64,000 nt of DNA from Cyanophora paradoxa CCMP329. Taxonomy: Eukaryota; Plantae; Glaucophyta. The stretch spans positions 1-64,000 of the forward strand of contig QPMI01000473.1 of NCBI GenBank assembly GCA_004431415.1, read 5' to 3'. The position numbers and the translations under genes were made by a program. Positions 57,401-64,000 of the stretch are shown piece by piece (the first letter of the stretch is position 1; each line of letters starts with the position of its first letter). Below the pieces are notes generated by a model. That model was not told the DNA's origin, made no database searches, and saw only the letters and a list, made by a program, of their open reading frames with translations.

Positions 57401-60400
57401 CAATTTCGCAGCGCGCCGCCTGTAGAATACGCCCCTGACGGGCAAGGCATGCACAGAGAGTCGCCGGGTTGCGGTAGGTAGAATCCGCCCGGGCTGGCAA
57501 GACATTACCGATGAACAGTGCCTACAACTAAGAGCTTGCATTTTGTTCGACGACACTTCTAAATTACAACGTACCAGGTAAGACAAGCCGAAGTCCATTT
57601 TGCCGCGGGGGTGTAAGCATTGTCAGGGCATTTCGTGCATTGCGTTCCAGCATTTAACATAAACGTTCCGATGGGACACACTGCCGTAATCGAATCGAAA
57701 CTTCAGTTTCGTGTGCACTCGAGCATTGCACGGATCAGCCTCGGGCCGCACCGGTGCAGGCCCCGGAGCCTTCAGTACTAGACGTCCCAAGCTCACAGGC
57801 AAAACAATGCGTGCTGCCCGCCGGCGAGTATGTCCCCGCGGGGCACAATGCCGCCTCATCATCCCTTAGCAGCCCATTCGACGTGCTGTACCGACCTGTT
57901 GGAAGAAATTCAGAGCTGCGTATAGAGAAAACCAGAACTTTATTTACAAAACTATTTTACCAGCCGATAGCGAAACGCACAGGTCGACATCCGAACGCGA
58001 GAGATTGTAAGATGTTGCTGGAAGGGCTCTGATTCAAATGGACGTGATATATATATGTGTGTGTAAAACGTTCGTGCTAATACCTGATTCTGAATTCCAT
58101 CGAAACCCAGCTGGACAGCTAGTGTGCAACTTGATCAGGGTCGGCCTGAGGGCAGAAAGAAACGAAGACAGCGATCACGATCTAGAGTCGCAACAAGCTG
58201 AAGTCGGGGAGGTGAAGGCCGCATGCGCACGGACTGGAGACGACAAACACAACATAGGGAGCTTCACATGCCAATGCGGATTACGGAAGGCCGAAAGAGT
58301 GTATATATGCTTACGTGTGCGCTCCAAACGCGGCACGTGCGGACCTTCCACGAAGGGGATTGTTGGGTCGTTTTCGAACATAATTCCATTACTGAAAGGC
58401 GCCAACAGAAGAGTGAGCTTTGAAATCGGATAACTTCCGATGCAATTAATTCACCTAAAATCTTCAATCACGTGTCCGCTGATGACTTGTCCAGGGAATT
58501 CCGAAACGATCAGAGTTGAAAAGTTTGCTGGGCGCGTCTGCGCATGTGGCAGTGTTTGCTGCATCAATGCCGTTCGTGTTTCGGCCGCATCTTGAGCTGA
58601 ATATCACGCACGGAGAACGTCTCATCAGCATCCACGTTGTTTACCCGAATCAGTTGCGACGATGTCGCGCGAACCGCAAGGCGCCTTAGTCTCTTCTTCG
58701 GCTGCATTGGAGGGCGTTGAGATGAAGTCCTCGAGCCGAAAATGTAGGTCTGCGAGAATCGTTGCGTGCTGTAAACTGAAACAAGCACATCTAAAGACGG
58801 TATCTAACCTTCGTGTTGTTTGGAGTGTGAATCTCGCGTACAACGTAGATGGAGCCGTCTTTGTACACCGCCGCCGCAACCTGCCGACAGATGCATTCGC
58901 GTTTGCGCGAATCGATTATTCTTAAGCAGACGGGGCTTCGTTCGCACGGAAGTCCACATGTGAACTGACGCTGCGGAAATAGGAGCCGAATCAATAGCAA
59001 GAGTTCCTTCTACGACCCCCGCCATCCCCGACTGATACGAGTTCGGTTTTCTGCGTCGCAGTGTGAATGCGTGCATGCGAAACCTGTGCATTTACATTTT
59101 TTACTCTCACCGAATGCGCGTTATGCGGTCCCCAGTGACGTAAAACGCATATCGGCCGTTTGGCGGATCGACAAGCCGTCCCTCCAGATACTGTGGATTA
59201 AACGCGCAACCGCATACGCAGGTCAGATACCTCGAAAATCAGATGGCGCCTGCACCTGCACAGCGCGCGCGCACCCCGAAGCCAGAGCCGGACAGCAGAG
59301 GCCGTTCATTTGCCACAATCCAGTGATCCGCAAAGGAAACATTGTCCGTCCGGAGCAGCTTGACTGACTTCGGGGAAACGATCCCTCTGAAGAAGGGGCT
59401 CGGACCAGGATTCGTTGCGCCCGAAATCTCGGTTGATGGCGTGAAGTTTGCAGGATTGACCGCCCATGTGTAGATCTGCCATTACATCGTTACAATAATT
59501 AATATTATCAGATCATTTCGACTTGTCCTATAGCTAGCTATAGGTGGTATTTGTATGCGCACAGCGGTCTGGTGAACAATGTGATGGCCGGAGCAGATCT
59601 CATTTGTGATAAACACGTCACACGAATTGAGGGAAGGGAAGAATGGAATCCTGCAAGCGAATGAAATTAGAATCGGCAGATTGGCCCGTCAAGTCAAAGC
59701 AGCTGCAGCGTCTGCACGCCTAATGATTGCGTGATAGTAGAGCGGCCCGTCCGGCTCGATGCGGCCATCAGCAGCAATGGCCTGGATCGAAGCAGATGGC
59801 ATAAACGCTGTACAGGCGAAGTTACTTGCACGCAACATGAAACTAGTACTATAACCTATCTTGCAGATTCTAACTGAAGTCCCAATAAAATGTTCTTCGC
59901 TGATCGTTCATCAAGCGCTCATAATTATATATAATTACCGTCTGCGTAGGGTCCAAGCCCGACCCATCTGATTAGGAATGCAATGAGTCGCCGAGGAGGC
60001 ATCCGAATGACAGATTTAGATTAGAATTTGGAGCCGATCGAGTAGGAAATTACGTTTTTCGTTTGTAGATCGAGCCGCCGGAAGTGCTGTACCCCTGAGG
60101 AGCAATAGAGTGCGCTTCAAACTGCAGGGAACGCGCTGATCAGCGGAACAATCGTTGTTTGCAGCTGCAAAGGCAACGTTCAAGCGCCTTCACGAGTGCG
60201 ACGCCCATTTGTAAGGAGCAAAACTGCGTACGCCAAATTATTGTTCAGCTTTGACCGTCAAAGAAGCGAATTGATTGCAACGAATGCAACAAATATGCAC
60301 TTTCAGGGCCGGTACGATTGTAGGGACACCGTTTTTGTAGGCAGAGAAAGACGCGTAGAGTGCTACGCCGCGTTGCTCGAACGGAAAATACTGCGCACGC

Positions 60401-62450
60401 GTCTCACCATGGCCAAACGCGAGGCAAGCGTAGCTATCCTTGTAATGGTTTCCATAAAAATGCTTACCCTATTTTCTTGCATCAGATGTTCATCATACCG
60501 GACACCGTTGACCATCTCAATTTCCGTTTTCGTGCGCAAAGCGCTCCTGCGCATGCCGTACGCGATCAATTGCGATTAGGCGCAATGAAGAGCGAGCTTG
60601 TTTTCAAGCTTAAAAAAACTTGAATCTGTAAAACAATCCAGCTTCAATGCATGTGCTTTAAGATGAGATCGTCTTTGCCCATGGCATAACTCAAATGCAT
60701 GTGCACGCACCACACCATATCTCCACTATTGGCATTTGTTGAAGGATCGTCAGTATCTGATCGCGAGCTCGAGGTTCGATCGTGCGGTTTGAAATGCGAT
60801 GTAAATGTATGCGAAATTGCAAATCTCGAGGCGCACAAATCGCGCAACCCGTTGGCGCTCGCACATATTGTCGAAAGAAAGATCTGTAAAAGGACGAACA
60901 ACTGCGTTTCAGCGAGAGATACAATCACGAGACGAAGTCCAAATGTGCGCGAACGTGGAATCAAACTTGGAGGAGCCGTCTCCTTCATCTGAGCGTGGTG
61001 ACGTGTGCAGCGCATGCGCAGTCAGTCGAAAATCATGATCATGATCACTCGCGCGCTTCGCTGATCGCAACCATGAGCCTGATCAAATTTAATGCTGACG
61101 CCGATGTCGAAGCATGCCGAGATCAGCAGCTGTTCATGCAAATTTAAACACGCACACAACCATACTTAGCTCATCCCATGGCCATACAGCTGAAGCCGAA
61201 GACCGAAACCCGCAAAGCGCGAACGTATTCCCACGCACCGTCCGTGCGCGCCGGTCCGTAAGAGAGGTATTCCGCCTATGTATATATATATAAATGACTG
61301 TGAGTTGATAAACACATCCGGACGTTGACTGTCATAAAATCCAGACCCGAAGCGCGATTGTACGGGGGTCAAAGCCCGCTCTCGAGAAGTAAAATATGGA
61401 GAACATTTGCATCCAATCAAGGTTCTCAGAGTCCGTATTCATGTCTGAGACCTACAAGGTTTCAAGGGCATCGATTAGTATCGAATTCGAACAGACAGCG
61501 TATATATAACCTATCAGGATTTTCACGCTAGGAAAAACGATTTACAGCTTCGTAGAATTTCCGCTCGAAAGATGCACGGTAGTGTCGGAAATCGTGAGAG
61601 AAATTTCGGGCAAATTCCATGAAGGCTGCAAAGAGCTTAATGAACTAATTATAATGGCTTCCTTCTTCGGGAAATCTTTTAGTGTCATGATCAGCTCACC
61701 CCACGGATTCGCGTTTCGACACGTTCCAGCCGGCCACACTTCCGTGTCCGACACTGGCGGCGCGCAGTTGGAAAAAGCATACGAAGCCCAGCGATTGGGG
61801 ACGTATCTGTGTATGCAAATGCCGAATGATCGTGAGGCGATGGCGAATACTATAGCTAGTTCAGACAGTATAACGCGGCGCAGGCTTGCTCTATCTCACC
61901 CGTTGCAGTTGGATCCGACACAGGCCAAAGGGGAACGGATTTGATCTACTAAGCCCACTCCAATTAGATTCGTATTGTGTCCAAACCGGACGAGCCATGT
62001 TTGATCGTAGCGCGAGGACCACGAAGTCTGCGATACCCTAATGCTTAAGCTTTCGTATAAAACCGATTGCGATTGTGTGGGTAGATCTAGAGTCCAGATT
62101 CTATGCATGATCACCTGGTATGCCGTCACGTTGGAGGGGGCGAATCGCACGTCAGGGTCCTGCAGAGAATTGACGACGCGATTATTGATGACATGGTTTC
62201 GCTGAGGCGAAGCTTAAGCGAGCGGCTCACCCGAAGTGGCCAAGGCGACATAGAAACGAAAGCAAACTCTACCGGTTTTAAGGCTCCCATCGCGTATGGC
62301 CGAAGCTGGTTACTGACGTCTCTGTAAAACTTGCACTTATTGAAATCTAGGTCGTATTCTGCATCCACCCGCACGTTCAGCCACAAAAACGAGCGACCTC
62401 AAAAGCGAATGGCCATATGCATGGCGCACCACAATAGAAGAAAGAGCCTA
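48300..62450 (-). CDS. Very large multi-exon Cys-rich surface or secreted protein (many GCC2/GCC3, ephrin-receptor-like C..C..G repeats); boundaries approximate, may be more than one gene
   Basis: Recurrent CxxCxxG[TF]Y motifs across ~51200-57900 (CAPCPPGH, CMPCPVNT, CTPCDLGY, CIPCGPGT, CIACEPGW). Hydrophobic segments near 50400-50900. Short AT-richer introns. Confidence 0.7.
51395..51442 (+). repeat. (AT)24 microsatellite in an intron
   Basis: Direct reading; lies just inside the minus-strand GT donor (CCAG|GTAAG). Confidence 0.95.
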
Positions 62451-63049
62451 GGCTGGAGCGCGAAACAATGCCAAGCCGGTGCGAGGCTTCTCGCTCTCCG
62501 ACGGGAAACGCCGCGAGCGGTGCCGCATGAACGATGACGGCGTCGACATCAAGCGCTACGCGCGAGCCTGCAGGCGCCTCACTCGAATGAGTTTACGAGG
62601 AGGGAAGCGCATCGATCGCAAGCTCGAGGCATAGGTGCGCCCCGCGCGGGGGCGATATCGATTGCAATTGCAACGCACCGACAGTGTCCTGAGCGCCGAA
62701 CGCGCCGGGCGCCGGGGCTATACACAAAGCTAAGGCTATGCAGACGAAGAGATCTAGACAAAGGATGAGAGGCAAAGGAAAGTGCGAATTCGAAGGGGAC
62801 GTGCGCATTGTGCGCGGGGATGCATCTGGAAGCTTGCGCTCACGGTCACGTGCACGGTCAGGGCGCGCATACGTCACAGCGTAGCTTGCTGCCGATATCG
62901 ATACATTATAGTTATGCATATGGCTGCGATCAGATCCGACCATCGCGTCCGACATGTACATCGTGCGCTCGCTTGTATCTGCTGCCGATGCGACGATTGC
63001 CCTCCGAGGCTCCCGGATCCGGAGTCCGATGCGCAAGCTAAGTATACGT

Positions 63050-64000
63050 TTTGGTATACGTAACCTAACCAATGCTGGTGCTGCTAAATGCTCAGCGGCT
63101 AGTTATAATATGTGTACGTACTCGATACTGAAGCAGTAGTATACGTACGCGTACTATTACTGCTGATTAGATTCGGTACTTCCGAGCCTTTCTTGCAGGC
63201 CTGCGATACCGAGCCTTTCTTGCAGGCTGTTGCAGCTGCCGCAGTAATAGTGCCAGCCCGGCCTGCCAGGCAGCGGATCGATATCAGGCTCCGATCAGCG
63301 CTACTGGCTAAGTATAGGCTTAGTACTAAGTAGGCTAGCGGTTCGCCGGTTAACGCGTACGTTCCCGGCGCAAGTTGCCGCGCAACTTCCCGCAGCCACG
63401 TGCATGCGTACCGTAGTAGTACGGTTACTACTAGGCTACGGTAGTACCGTAGCTGCGTAGAGTCGGCGTAGACTCCGTTGTACTATAGCTAGTACTAGTA
63501 CTACCGTAGTAGTACGGACCCCTACGGTACGAGCTTTCAAGGAAATTCAAGCTACGGCTACTAGCCTAGTAGGCTAGTACTACTGCTTCTACGCATACGA
63601 GCCTCGGACTCCGGGAGCCTGAGAGTCGACGTCGACGTCGGAGGCCCGCGGCCCGCCGCGCCGGCGGCGCCGCCCACGCGTACGCGTACCGCGGCGTACT
63701 ACGGTACGACCGGCGACAGGCGTTCGACGGTCGATCGACACTGCCAGGCTGTGACAGTGTGACACTGATCATGATACTACCGGGTAACTACCCCGGTAGT
63801 ATATATATCGGAGTCCGGACTCAGGACCGGAGTCACGCTCTGGAGTCTAGATCCGAGTCATCCGACGTCCGACGTCCGACGATCGTCCGCATGCGCAGCT
63901 GCAGGCTGCAGCCTGCAGCCTGCAGCCTGGGCCGCAGGCCCGCAGCTCAGCGGCTGCAGCCTGCAGCCTGCAGCCTGCAGGCTGCAGCTGCGGAGCCTGC
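63050..64000. repeat. Palindrome-saturated cryptic simple-sequence block
   Basis: TACTATAGCTAGTACTAGTAC, GTCGACGTCGAC and orientation-switching CTGCAGC/GCTGCAG arrays. Confidence 0.85.

Overview
Eukaryotic, intron-dense genomic DNA from a GC-rich unicellular eukaryote. The short introns, frequent GC-AG donors and palindrome-rich spacers suggest an alga or protist; the taxon cannot be fixed from this window. About eight spliced genes can be reconstructed by hand: a WD40-like membrane protein, a long coiled-coil protein, a small ubiquitin-like protein, a chromo-barrel/AT-hook/C2H2/ZZ chromatin protein, a SOX/MATA-type HMG-box factor, a PPC-like domain protein, an ankyrin-TRP channel and a giant Cys-rich surface protein. 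Mobile DNA includes a 5'-truncated L1/Tx1-like LINE, an ultra-short insertion of the same LINE, and a tRNA-derived SINE sharing its 3' tail. There are also two independent copies of a second non-LTR retrotransposon, a divergent relative of it, a MITE, and an AT-rich element end with iteron-like hairpins. The second retrotransposon has a PIP-box tail, and its longer copy retains a Ulp1/C48 protease domain. The strongest new signal is mutational. Every non-homopolymer indel I found between near-identical repeat copies turns a trinucleotide X into X-revcomp(X)-X, a 6-nt inverted triplication. Such 9-mers saturate the intergenic DNA, which points to a genome-wide micro-template-switching process. 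All alignments and gene models were made by eye.
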